Made by a program: the position numbers and the translations under genes. The notes below the pieces were generated by a model that made no database searches, was not told where the DNA came from, and worked only from the letters and a program-made list of their open reading frames with translations. 33,043 nucleotides of DNA, taken from positions 1 to 33,043 of the forward strand of contig JAEOTX010000029.1 of NCBI GenBank assembly GCA_016839605.1. The letters are read 5' to 3'. Source of the DNA: Candidatus Thorarchaeota archaeon (GTDB lineage Archaea > Asgardarchaeota > Thorarchaeia > Thorarchaeales > Thorarchaeaceae). Below, piece after piece: positions 1-8,874 of this stretch; position 1 is the stretch's first letter; each line of letters begins with the position of its first letter.

Positions 1-678
1 CAGGGCGGTGTTGAGCTATCATACGAACTATGGACACTCTCTTGGGATGACATCTCTGTAGCGACCGGTACTGCACTCTTGCTTCAGCTCGAAGCCATTG
101 GGTTCGAAATCAACATGGAAGTTGTCGATGACGACCCGATGTATGTGGGTATCTATGAGCTTCCACGGACATTCGAGATGTATACCATGGCAGATGGCTA
201 TGGCGCATTCCCAGATCACCCATGGGAGCGAATGCACGAAGACAACGATATTGACTGGGGTAGCAATCCGTTCGGATGGGATAATACCACATTCGATGAT
301 CTCCTAGACGACTATATGGCTGCGGTTCCAGCTGATTTGGAGGCTGCAGCAAGAGCCGTCCAGATTGCTGCAACTGAGAACATGCCGTACATTCCACTGT
401 ATCTGTCAGACGACACTCACGCCTTGAGAGCGGAGTGGACCAACTACAGCATGAAGCCTGGTGGTCCATTCACTGCGTTTTGTCCAGAGACTTTGGTGTT
501 CATGTACGACTCAACAATGATGCCTACGACAACTGCAACGACAACAACAACGACAACAACGGGAACGACCGCTCCTCCACCACCACCTGGTGTTGACATG
601 GTCTTACTCGCCGGCGTTGGCGCAGTTGCTCTGGTTGTTGGTGTGGTCTGCACCTACTTCGTAATGAGAAGACAATAG
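1..678 (+). CDS. ABC peptide transporter substrate-binding protein (family 5), C-terminal part, with Thr/Pro-rich linker and C-terminal membrane anchor; 5'-truncated by the window
   Basis: Frame is open from base 1 (QGGVELSYELWTLSWDD...). It has the SBP5-like tail 'GWDNTTFDDLLD...VQIAATENMPYIPLY', then a T-rich run, PPPPP, a hydrophobic helix and RRQ. It lies directly upstream of oppBCDF. Confidence 0.88.
   Translation, partial: QGGVELSYELWTLSWDDISVATGTALLLQLEAIGFEINMEVVDDDPMYVGIYELPRTFEMYTMADGYGAFPDHPWERMHEDNDIDWGSNPFGWDNTTFDDLLDDYMAAVPADLEAAARAVQIAATENMPYIPLYLSDDTHALRAEWTNYSMKPGGPFTAFCPETLVFMYDSTMMPTTTATTTTTTTTGTTAPPPPPGVDMVLLAGVGAVALVVGVVCTYFVMRRQ
526..588 (+). repeat. Low-complexity ACN/CCN repeat encoding a Thr-rich/poly-Pro linker
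   Basis: acgacaactgcaacgacaacaacaacgacaacaacggga...cctccaccaccacct translates to TTTATTTTTTTTGTTAPPPPP. Confidence 0.85.
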
Positions 679-689
679 TAATCTATAGG

Positions 690-732
690 AAGGGACCTGC
701 AAGGGTCCCTTGCCTCTCTCTTTTTTCGTTTT
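690..732 (+). terminator. Stem-loop plus U-tract after the SBP gene (partial terminator or mRNA-stabilising hairpin)
   Basis: aagggacc (690-697) pairs with ggtccctt (704-711) and is followed by ctctctcttttttcgtttt. Confidence 0.7.
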
Positions 733-816
733 GCGCAATCAGTACTTTAATCGATATGCTTTAAGGGTCCAATATCCTGTCATTTGGTAATCTAGAATTT
801 GAGAGAGGATGAGATA

Positions 817-1809
817 ATGGCCCTTCGCACAACAGTAGGTACAAGACGATACATTGTAAATCGCGTTGTTCAAACCTTGATAATTTGGTTCCTTATTGTC
901 ACACTCAACTTCATCATCTTCAGGATAATGCCCGGTGATCCTAGGGCATCAATAATTGAACAAGGTATGCCACCAGAACTGCGACAGGCAATTGTAGAGC
1001 GTTTCGGGCTCGATAAGACACTATTGGAACAGTATGTCTTGTACATAGTCGCCCTGTTTCAGGGCGATATGGGTTTCTCATTCTCACACTTCACTGAGCC
1101 TGTCTGGGAAACTATCTTCGGTTTCAGGTTCACCAACACATTCGTTCTCATGGGTGCCTCCATGCTAGTTGCAATAATCATCGGAATGGTCATGGGAGTT
1201 GTAGCAGCGGCTAGACGAGGAAGCAAGATAGACACAGGGTCAACGGTTGTCTTCCTTGTAGCATATAGTATGCCAGTCTTTTGGATTGGTCTGCTAATTC
1301 TGCTCTACCTAGGATTCAATTTTGGGCTTATTCCTCTTGCAGGAACAATAACACGCGGTGTGGAACATGCTAACTTCATCGAATACGCCGCCGACTATCT
1401 ACACCATATGATTGGACCGTGGATTGTCCTCACCCTGTCATTCATCGGAGGGTTCTACCTTATCATGAGAGATAGTGTCTTGGATGTGTTCACCCAGGAT
1501 TATATTTTGGCGGCTGAGGCTAAGGGACTCAAGGAACGCACCATCCTGTATGGCCATGCAATGCGCAATGCAATGCTACCGATGATCAGCGTGATTGCAG
1601 TCAATATGCCATTTCTCATTAGCGGTGCTACAATGACAGAATTCGTCTTCAGTTGGAGTGGACTTGGATTACTGACCTATGACTCTGTGCTTGCCGCTGA
1701 TTACCCGGTCCTGCAAGGGGTATTCCTGTTCTTAGCTACGATCACGGTGATTTCGAACTTCATTGCAGATATGCTGTATCTGAGACTCGATCCAAGGATT
1801 ACCTACTAG
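817..1809 (+). CDS. oppB: Oligopeptide/dipeptide ABC transporter permease, OppB/DppB family
   Basis: Motifs 'MPGDP', 'FGLDKTLLEQY', 'SMPVFWIG', EAA loop 'QDYILAAEAKGL', 'RNAMLP', 'DYPVLQG', 'LDPRI'. ATG 817 follows gagagagga and is preferred to TTG 799. Confidence 0.95.
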   Translation: MALRTTVGTRRYIVNRVVQTLIIWFLIVTLNFIIFRIMPGDPRASIIEQGMPPELRQAIVERFGLDKTLLEQYVLYIVALFQGDMGFSFSHFTEPVWETIFGFRFTNTFVLMGASMLVAIIIGMVMGVVAAARRGSKIDTGSTVVFLVAYSMPVFWIGLLILLYLGFNFGLIPLAGTITRGVEHANFIEYAADYLHHMIGPWIVLTLSFIGGFYLIMRDSVLDVFTQDYILAAEAKGLKERTILYGHAMRNAMLPMISVIAVNMPFLISGATMTEFVFSWSGLGLLTYDSVLAADYPVLQGVFLFLATITVISNFIADMLYLRLDPRITY

Positions 1810-1820
1810 GAGGGAGCTAA

Positions 1821-3359
1821 ATGGCAGAACAAAGTACTATAATGAATCAACAGACAGAGGACTATTCGCTTGATGAGCAGAAGAAGAGACCTTGGCATGT
1901 AAAACTAGTTTCATATGGCTCATTCATCCTTCTCTCTCTAGTGCTTCTGATTTTCATCGATTTGGTCACGGGAGCTTTGGGAACATCCATCACAATAGGC
2001 ATTCTAGAAATGGAGACTGCTGAAAGCGAGAGCATTGTCCTCTTTATGCGTGTTTCAGGCATGATTCTCTTGGGTTTGTCTCTAATAGTTGGCAGGTTCA
2101 GATTTGCAGTCTATGAAAGAAGGAATGGTCGAATGCTGCAAGACCTGCTTGTGATAGGAATACTTCTTGGCGTATTCTTTGCGGTTAACCTTGGTATTGG
2201 GATTCTTGCAGTTTTCTTCGTGTTCTTTTGGGATCCCAAGTTTGCGGAGCAATGGCAGGATAGAACACTCAAGATCTATAGATTTGTGATATCTGGGAGT
2301 GTTCTAATCTGGTTTTCACTGGAAGCATTTCTGTCTGAAGGATGGATTGGTACTACACTTCTGCCGAGAGTTCTCACACGTTCATTATCAGACATAATGA
2401 TGGGTAGTGGCTGGGAACCATTGACATTCTGCGTCGTAGTTCTCATCATGACCTCCTATCTGTTGCTGCCAAAGGCGTTCTATGCACTCTGGGGTTTCAG
2501 GAAGAACATCGAGTCCTTCTGGAGAGAATTCGTCTATGAACCAATGGGACTTGTAGGGCTCTTTGTTATAGGTGCAATTGTGCTTATTGCAGTATTTGCG
2601 CCCTTTATTGCCACACATCACTGGGGGGAGGGATCTTGGGTGTTGGAAGACCTATTAGCGCCGCCAAGTGCTGAACACTGGATGGGCACCAATCACAACG
2701 GGCAAGACATATTCAGTCGGATAGTTTATGGTGCACAAATATCACTGCTCGTTGGTTTCTTAGCAGCAATCATCGCTGTGGCAATAGGTACAACTGTGGG
2801 CCTCATTTCAGGTTACTTTGGTGGTTTCACCGACACAATTCTCATGAGAATTACTGATCTCTTCCTCAGTCTGCCGACGCTACCATTGATGATGATCATG
2901 CTTGCATTGTTCGGGCGAGGACTGCAAAATGTTATCATTGTGATAGCAATATTAGGGTGGACTGGGACCGCTCGAATGGTTCGAAGTGAAGCGCTATCTC
3001 TACGTGAGAGACCTCTCACAGAGGCTGCACATGCACTTGGTGCAAATGACTTGTACATCCTATTTAGACACATCTTCCCCAATACACTGCCTCTCGTTCT
3101 AGCTAATATGATCCTGGGAGTAGTGAACGCCATCTTATCTGAGGCAGGCATTGCATTCCTTGGGTTCGTAGACATACATGGACAGCCATCTTGGGGCATA
3201 ATTCTACACTGGGCATCCAACAATGGTGCTCTATTGAATAACATGTGGTGGTGGATCGTGCCGCCTGGCCTCCTCATCATGTTAACAGCACTCGGTTTCG
3301 TCTTCGTCAGTCATGCTGCTGACAAAGTCGTGAACCCAAGACTGAGAGGGAGGAGATAG
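1821..3359 (+). CDS. oppC: Oligopeptide/dipeptide ABC transporter permease, OppC/DppC family, with a long N-terminal multi-TM extension
   Basis: Motifs 'APPSAEHWMGTNHNGQDIFSRIVYGAQISL', 'LMRITD', 'ARMVRSE', 'EAAHALGA', 'RHIFPN', 'PSWG', 'WWWIVPPG'. About 230 extra hydrophobic residues precede the core. Confidence 0.93.
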   Translation: MAEQSTIMNQQTEDYSLDEQKKRPWHVKLVSYGSFILLSLVLLIFIDLVTGALGTSITIGILEMETAESESIVLFMRVSGMILLGLSLIVGRFRFAVYERRNGRMLQDLLVIGILLGVFFAVNLGIGILAVFFVFFWDPKFAEQWQDRTLKIYRFVISGSVLIWFSLEAFLSEGWIGTTLLPRVLTRSLSDIMMGSGWEPLTFCVVVLIMTSYLLLPKAFYALWGFRKNIESFWREFVYEPMGLVGLFVIGAIVLIAVFAPFIATHHWGEGSWVLEDLLAPPSAEHWMGTNHNGQDIFSRIVYGAQISLLVGFLAAIIAVAIGTTVGLISGYFGGFTDTILMRITDLFLSLPTLPLMMIMLALFGRGLQNVIIVIAILGWTGTARMVRSEALSLRERPLTEAAHALGANDLYILFRHIFPNTLPLVLANMILGVVNAILSEAGIAFLGFVDIHGQPSWGIILHWASNNGALLNNMWWWIVPPGLLIMLTALGFVFVSHAADKVVNPRLRGRR

Positions 3360-3360
3360 A

Positions 3361-4338
3361 ATGGCAATACTCGAGGTGGAGAACCTAAAGACGCATTATT
3401 ACATTGGAGACAAACCAGTTTACGCCGTTGACGACGTGTCTTTCACCATTGACAGGAATGAAACACTTGGACTTGCTGGTGAGTCAGGATGCGGGAAGAC
3501 CACAACAGCTTACAGTATCCTGCGTATCCTTCCAGCTAACGGGAAAATTGTGGAAGGTAGCGTCAAGCTTGATGGTGAGGATCTGGTAACGAAATCAATG
3601 GAAGAGATGAGGAAGATTCGCTGGAAGAAGGCCTCAATCGTATTTCAATATGCAATGAACGCCTTCAACCCGGTGCTAAGGATAGGTCGACAAATCGTAG
3701 AAGTCATACAAGAAAAGGAGGGCGGCAGTGAGCAAGCAGCTGCACTGACTGTAGCTGGATTGTTCGAGGAGGTTGGACTAGAGCCAAGTCGAATCGATGA
3801 CTATCCTCACGAGTTCAGCGGAGGAATGCTTCAGAGAGCTATCATTGCTCAGGCGTTATCATGTGATCCAAGACTTATCATTGCAGACGAGCCGGTCACG
3901 GCGCTTGACGTCATCGTGCAGAATAAGATTCTCGACCTTCTCCGAAAACTCCAAGCCAAGTACAATTTGGCTGTGCTATTCATCACTCACGACCTCTCTG
4001 TTGTTGCTGAGAATTGCACACAAGTGGGAATCATGTATGCAGGAAACCTGATGGAGCTGGGTTCTGCAACTTCAGTATTCAAGGAGTCGTTGCACCCCTA
4101 TACATACAAGCTAATCGGTGCTTTTCCAAGCGTTACAGGGCCCAAGCGGAGACTGGAGTTCATTCCAGGCACTCCACCAAACCTGATGAAACCGCCACCA
4201 GGGTGCACGTTTCATCCCAGATGCCCGTACGCACAGGACATATGCAGTAAGGAACTGCCGAAATTCGAAGAGATCAGCAATGGCCACTATGCAAGATGTC
4301 ATTTTGCTGGGCAGCTAGAATTTGGAGGAGAAGAATAA
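3361..4338 (+). CDS. oppD: Oligopeptide/dipeptide ABC transporter ATP-binding protein
   Basis: Walker A GESGCGKT, signature FSGGMLQR, Walker B IIADEP, H-loop THD, and the C-terminal HPYT / 'GCTFHPRCP...C...CH' domain. Confidence 0.95.
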   Translation: MAILEVENLKTHYYIGDKPVYAVDDVSFTIDRNETLGLAGESGCGKTTTAYSILRILPANGKIVEGSVKLDGEDLVTKSMEEMRKIRWKKASIVFQYAMNAFNPVLRIGRQIVEVIQEKEGGSEQAAALTVAGLFEEVGLEPSRIDDYPHEFSGGMLQRAIIAQALSCDPRLIIADEPVTALDVIVQNKILDLLRKLQAKYNLAVLFITHDLSVVAENCTQVGIMYAGNLMELGSATSVFKESLHPYTYKLIGAFPSVTGPKRRLEFIPGTPPNLMKPPPGCTFHPRCPYAQDICSKELPKFEEISNGHYARCHFAGQLEFGGEE

Positions 4339-5327
4339 TGGCAAGCAGCAAACCTATCCTAGAAGTAAAGAACCTCAAGAAATGGTTCCCAGTCCGAAGC
4401 GGTTTCTTCTCATTCTTCGGTGAACAGAGATATGTAAAAGCAGTTGATGATGTCAGTTTCGAAGTTCCTGAAGGCGGATCGATTTGTATCGTCGGGGAAA
4501 GCGGGTGCGGTAAAACTACGCTAGCTAGGACTATTCTCAGACTCGTTGAACCCACAGGCGGCGAGGTATATTTCGAAGGTGAGAATATTTACGATAAGAC
4601 ACGAGGCGAGTTGGCAGAGCTCAGACTCCAAATGCAGCTCATATTCCAGAATCCCTTCGAAGTGCTGGACCCTAGACTCACCATCGAGACCCTTGTTGGA
4701 GAAGGACTTCATATACATAACTTGGAGGAAGATCCTCAAGTTGTGAGGGAGAGAGTCTTCAAGGCACTTGAAGCCGTCAGGTTGGTCCCAGCCAGGAACT
4801 TTGCCAGTAGATATACTCACGAACTCAGCGGCGGACAGCTTCAGCGTGTGGCTATTGCGCGTTCTTTGATATTCGAACCTAAACTAGTAATAGCAGATGA
4901 ACCTGTTTCGATGCTAGATGCTAGCATAAGGACTGAAGTAATGAACCTCATGACAGATTTGCAGAAGGATTTTGGCCACACATACATCTTCATCACACAT
5001 GACCTCGCTCAGGCACGATACATCGGTGACTTCTGCATCGTTATGTATCTGGGTCGAATTGCAGAGATGGGCCCCATGGAAACCGTAATTCTCGATCCGA
5101 TTCATCCTTACACAAAAGCGTTGGTTTCGAATATACCTGTTCCAGATCCAACAGAGCAGAGAGACAGGATATTCTTAGAGGGTGAAACTCCGACCCCCAT
5201 TGACCTCCCAGAAGGGTGCCGATTCAAACCTAGATGCCAAGCATATAGCGACACCTACTGCAAACCTGAAGAACCGAATCTAATCGAGGTATCACCAGGC
5301 CACTGGGTAGCCTGCTATGCACCATAA
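4338..5327 (+). CDS. oppF: Oligopeptide/dipeptide ABC transporter ATP-binding protein
   Basis: GESGCGKT, LSGGQLQR, VIADEPVSMLD, THD, HPYT and C-terminal Cys cluster. ATG 4338 overlaps the upstream stop (TAATG). Confidence 0.95.
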   Translation: MASSKPILEVKNLKKWFPVRSGFFSFFGEQRYVKAVDDVSFEVPEGGSICIVGESGCGKTTLARTILRLVEPTGGEVYFEGENIYDKTRGELAELRLQMQLIFQNPFEVLDPRLTIETLVGEGLHIHNLEEDPQVVRERVFKALEAVRLVPARNFASRYTHELSGGQLQRVAIARSLIFEPKLVIADEPVSMLDASIRTEVMNLMTDLQKDFGHTYIFITHDLAQARYIGDFCIVMYLGRIAEMGPMETVILDPIHPYTKALVSNIPVPDPTEQRDRIFLEGETPTPIDLPEGCRFKPRCQAYSDTYCKPEEPNLIEVSPGHWVACYAP

Positions 5328-5366
5328 TTCCGTCTGACACAGAATCGCTCCAGAGGCCGGACATTG

Positions 5367-6617
5367 ATGGAAAATGAGCAGAGGAGTAACTGGGCTGCAC
5401 TCAAATCAGTTTACTACTCCGCCATATTTTGCAGTCTTGGTTTCTTCCTAGTACGATTCCTAATTCCGATCATCGCCTATACCATAATGGGGGTCTCAGC
5501 TACTGAAGTTGCACTTGTCTTCTCTGTGCTCACTCTGGGGACCGCAGTCTTTTCACCCATTGCAGGAAGAGTTGTCAAACGAGGGCGTCGAAGAGAATCG
5601 ATTGCTTTTGGAGCGATGGTCAGAGCAATGGCTTACTTTGGAATGACGGTCGCGATCATCCTGAATGACATCGGTCTCCTGGTATTGAACAGCATAGTTT
5701 GGGGAGTGGGTGCAGCTTTCTATCGTGTTGGAAGTGATGCTGAAATCTCTGAGAGAGTAATTCGTGATAACAGAGCGGAAGCTTTTGGACGCCGAGAATC
5801 GTTTAGTGCTACTGGAAGCATAGTAGGCGCGATTGTGGGTTTCGAAATCATGTACATGATAGGCCTCGAAACAGTGTTCCTATTCTTTGCAGTGATGAAC
5901 ATCTTTGGCGGACTCATTGTGATTAGACACCGTCCTCCACTTGAGCCACACAAAGAAATCACACTTCTCCCAAGTGTCCACAAAGCAGTTAGTGCTGGCA
6001 TTATCGCATTAGTAATTGCCGCATCACTCGACACATTCATTGCAGCTCTGCTCTCTCCATTTGTAGAGATATTCATCTTGCACAACTATCCTGGTCTAGA
6101 CCTCTTTGTGTTGGCACTGGTCTATCTCCCAGCAGGAATCATCTCAGGGCTCTTTGGAGCTCCGCTTGGGAAATATGCAGACAAGAGAAACAAAGTAAGA
6201 ATCGTATCAGGAGCAGTCTTTGTAGGAGCAATAGGCACACTGATTCTTGCTTTTGTACCAGCCATCTTTTCGGTAGCGTGGCACGGACTCCTAGCAATTG
6301 CAGTCCTCTTCACAATAGGTAGTGTGGCAGGGGTCATGGCATATACAGTCATGTCTTCTGTTCTTGGAACAGCATATGAAGGGAGGGCAGGAGAAGGCTT
6401 TGGGATGTTTGAAGCTGCAATGGGCTTCTCCCGGTTCTCAGCTCCGCTAATTGGAGGACTATTGTGGGACTTCATAGATCCGGTTGTCCCATTCCTGTTC
6501 GTCGGTTTGTCTGGATTTCTACTGATTCCAATCTACATTCATGGAATGCGACAATATCAAAGTGCAATCGCTCTACGAAACGAAACTTCTCCGGTCAATG
6601 ATGCGCAAGAATTATAG
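5367..6617 (+). CDS. MFS transporter
   Basis: About 12 hydrophobic segments; motif-A-like 'GRVVKRGRRR' and 'GKYADKRNK'; 'RAEAFG', 'RAGEGFG', 'APLIGGLLWD'. Confidence 0.88.
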   Translation: MENEQRSNWAALKSVYYSAIFCSLGFFLVRFLIPIIAYTIMGVSATEVALVFSVLTLGTAVFSPIAGRVVKRGRRRESIAFGAMVRAMAYFGMTVAIILNDIGLLVLNSIVWGVGAAFYRVGSDAEISERVIRDNRAEAFGRRESFSATGSIVGAIVGFEIMYMIGLETVFLFFAVMNIFGGLIVIRHRPPLEPHKEITLLPSVHKAVSAGIIALVIAASLDTFIAALLSPFVEIFILHNYPGLDLFVLALVYLPAGIISGLFGAPLGKYADKRNKVRIVSGAVFVGAIGTLILAFVPAIFSVAWHGLLAIAVLFTIGSVAGVMAYTVMSSVLGTAYEGRAGEGFGMFEAAMGFSRFSAPLIGGLLWDFIDPVVPFLFVGLSGFLLIPIYIHGMRQYQSAIALRNETSPVNDAQEL

Positions 6618-6667
6618 CGATATAGATTGCCTCTAGCTTCGAGGACCGCCATAGTAGGTGTAATCCA

Positions 6668-7675
6668 ATGACTGTGCGTGTCGGTATCAATGGTTTTGGA
6701 AGAATTGGGCGTGGCTTTCTTAGGTCCGCCCTTGGGATGAAGGAGTTTGAAGTCGTTGCTCTCAACGATCTAATGGATCTGAAGTCACTTGCTCATCTGA
6801 TGAAGTATGACACAGTGATGGGAAGATTCGAAGGCAGTGTTGAGGCTGGTGACAATACTCTAACGGTTGAAGGTCATGAGATGAAAGTGGTGTCTGAGAG
6901 AGACCCTGCTAATCTCCCCTGGAAGGAGCTTGGAGTTGACATTGTTGCAGAGTGTACAGGTTTCTTCAGGAAAAAGTCTGATGCAGAGAAACACATCTCC
7001 GCAGGAGCGAAGAAGGTTGTGTTGAGTGCTCCTGGTAAAGGCGGCGAAATGAGAACAGTAGTTCTGGGCGTAAATGACGAGGAGTACGATCCTGCAAAAG
7101 ACGATGTAATATCAAATGCATCTTGTACGACCAACTGCCTCGCACCAATGGTCAAAGTCATTGATGAGAGCTTTGGGCTTGTAAGAGGTCTCATGACAAC
7201 GATTCATGCTGTGACAAATGACCAAGTAATGCTCGATGGCCCACATAAAGACCTGCGAAGAGCTCGAGCTGCTTGTTGGAACATTGTGCCAACAACAACT
7301 GGTGCGGCAAAGGCAATAGGATTGGTCTATCCGAAAGCTGCTGGAAAGCTTGACGGCATGGCCCTAAGAGTACCAGTGATGGATGGGTCTATAGTAGACT
7401 TGAATGTTCTCGTTGAGAAGGACACTGACGTAGCATCGGTAAATGCAGCATTCAAGAAGGCCTCAGAAAAAGGCCCTCTAGCTGGATACCTTGGCTATAC
7501 AGAGGAACCACTGGTGTCGTCAGATATAATCGGTGACACTCATTCATGTGTCTTCGACTCTCTGACAACAGCGGTTTCTGGAAACATGATTAAGGTTCTA
7601 GGCTGGTATGACAACGAGCAGGGATACAGCCAGCGATTAGCCGATCTAGTAGGCATTATTTCGAGCAAGATGTAG
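6668..7675 (+). CDS. gap: Glyceraldehyde-3-phosphate dehydrogenase, type I (bacterial/eukaryote-type), probably NAD-dependent
   Basis: GINGFGRIGR, 'NDL', catalytic SNASCTTNCLAP, 'TTIHA', 'DLRRARAA', 'PTTTGAAKA', 'WYDNE'. SD-like aggtg upstream. Confidence 0.97.
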   Translation: MTVRVGINGFGRIGRGFLRSALGMKEFEVVALNDLMDLKSLAHLMKYDTVMGRFEGSVEAGDNTLTVEGHEMKVVSERDPANLPWKELGVDIVAECTGFFRKKSDAEKHISAGAKKVVLSAPGKGGEMRTVVLGVNDEEYDPAKDDVISNASCTTNCLAPMVKVIDESFGLVRGLMTTIHAVTNDQVMLDGPHKDLRRARAACWNIVPTTTGAAKAIGLVYPKAAGKLDGMALRVPVMDGSIVDLNVLVEKDTDVASVNAAFKKASEKGPLAGYLGYTEEPLVSSDIIGDTHSCVFDSLTTAVSGNMIKVLGWYDNEQGYSQRLADLVGIISSKM

Positions 7676-7676
7676 A

Positions 7677-7706
7677 GAGCCCTTTTTGGGGCTCACCCCT
7701 TTTCTT
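7677..7706 (+). terminator. Hairpin plus pyrimidine tract after gap
   Basis: gagccc(t)-tttt-(g)gggctc at 7677-7694, followed by acccctttt-ctt. Confidence 0.6.
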
Positions 7707-7733
7707 AACTGAAGATTCCAAATTTAGCATCAA

Positions 7734-8807
7734 GTGATTATCGTGACTATTGAGCCAATCAGCAGAATTAATCCAGCGAAAGGAAAGTTGTATTTCAGAG
7801 GACTTGACGCAACCGAATTGGCACGAGCAAGAAGTTTCGAGGATGTCACCTATCTCCTAATCCATGGCCAGCTCCCAGACAAAAAGGAGAGTGCCAATTT
7901 CCGAGAGCGGATGCTAAGACACAGGAAATTGCTGGATGAGGAGTTGCCACCAATTTTCAAAATGATTGGAGCAAATCCCGATAGAGGGCAACAGCAAATT
8001 ACGGATGGAATTGATAGGACTGAAATGATGGGTCTGCGGCCCCTAGCAAAGCAAATCAACCATATCTCACAAAAGCACAATCTAGATTCTTTGGATTCGG
8101 TCCTAGCTTTTGTCGCATTGTGTCCGGCAGTACTTGCCGCAGGATGGCGGCATCTCAGTAGCAAGCCCATAATTCCGCCCAAAGACAAACTGAACCATTG
8201 CCACAACTTCCTATGGATGATGAAGGAAACCGATTTACCAAATGAAGACCAGAACGACCTTGAGGCATGTTTTATTCTTCACATGGATGACCCCAACAAT
8301 CCATCACTTGATGCTCTTGGGAAATCAATCTTGGCGGGAGAATCTCTCTCGGATTCGCTTGTTGCTGCACTAGAACATCACAAAGACCCGCTTCATCATG
8401 GCGCGGGAGAAGCAGTGATGAAAGCTATGATTGACATGGGATTCTCCGAGAATATTGAAGCATACCTCTCCAGTGCTCTTGACAGCGGAGATCGCATCTA
8501 TGGACTGGGGCATAGAATATACAAGACAATCGACCCAAGAGCAATTGTGTTGCGAGATATTCTGAAGAGAAGAGCTAACAATCAGGCTACTTACGCTCTG
8601 TACTATAGGATAGAGGAAACAGCTAGAATTGGAGCTGAACTCATCCGCCAACGTAAGAATAAGGTAGTGCATCCAAATGTCGATCTCTACAACGCAGCAG
8701 TCTATCACACATTCGGAATTCCATACTATATGAACACTGAATTATTCGCCGTTTCTCGAGCAGCAGGTTGGGCTGCTCATATTGTTGAGTGGATGGAGCT
8801 CGTCTGA
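7734..8807 (+). CDS. Citrate synthase family protein, divergent (activity uncertain)
   Basis: 'GKLYFRG', 'SFEDVTYLLIHGQLP', 'NFLWMM', 'PLHHGA', 'GLGHRIYKTIDPRA', 'PNVDLY', 'LFAVSRAAGWAAH'. Start is GTG 7734 or 7743. Confidence 0.85.
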   Translation: MIIVTIEPISRINPAKGKLYFRGLDATELARARSFEDVTYLLIHGQLPDKKESANFRERMLRHRKLLDEELPPIFKMIGANPDRGQQQITDGIDRTEMMGLRPLAKQINHISQKHNLDSLDSVLAFVALCPAVLAAGWRHLSSKPIIPPKDKLNHCHNFLWMMKETDLPNEDQNDLEACFILHMDDPNNPSLDALGKSILAGESLSDSLVAALEHHKDPLHHGAGEAVMKAMIDMGFSENIEAYLSSALDSGDRIYGLGHRIYKTIDPRAIVLRDILKRRANNQATYALYYRIEETARIGAELIRQRKNKVVHPNVDLYNAAVYHTFGIPYYMNTELFAVSRAAGWAAHIVEWMELV

Positions 8808-8874
8808 TGGAGAAATGTTTCAGAGGGAAGCTTTTTCTCATCCATCCGTTGTGTTGATGCGTGGTGGCCATAAT

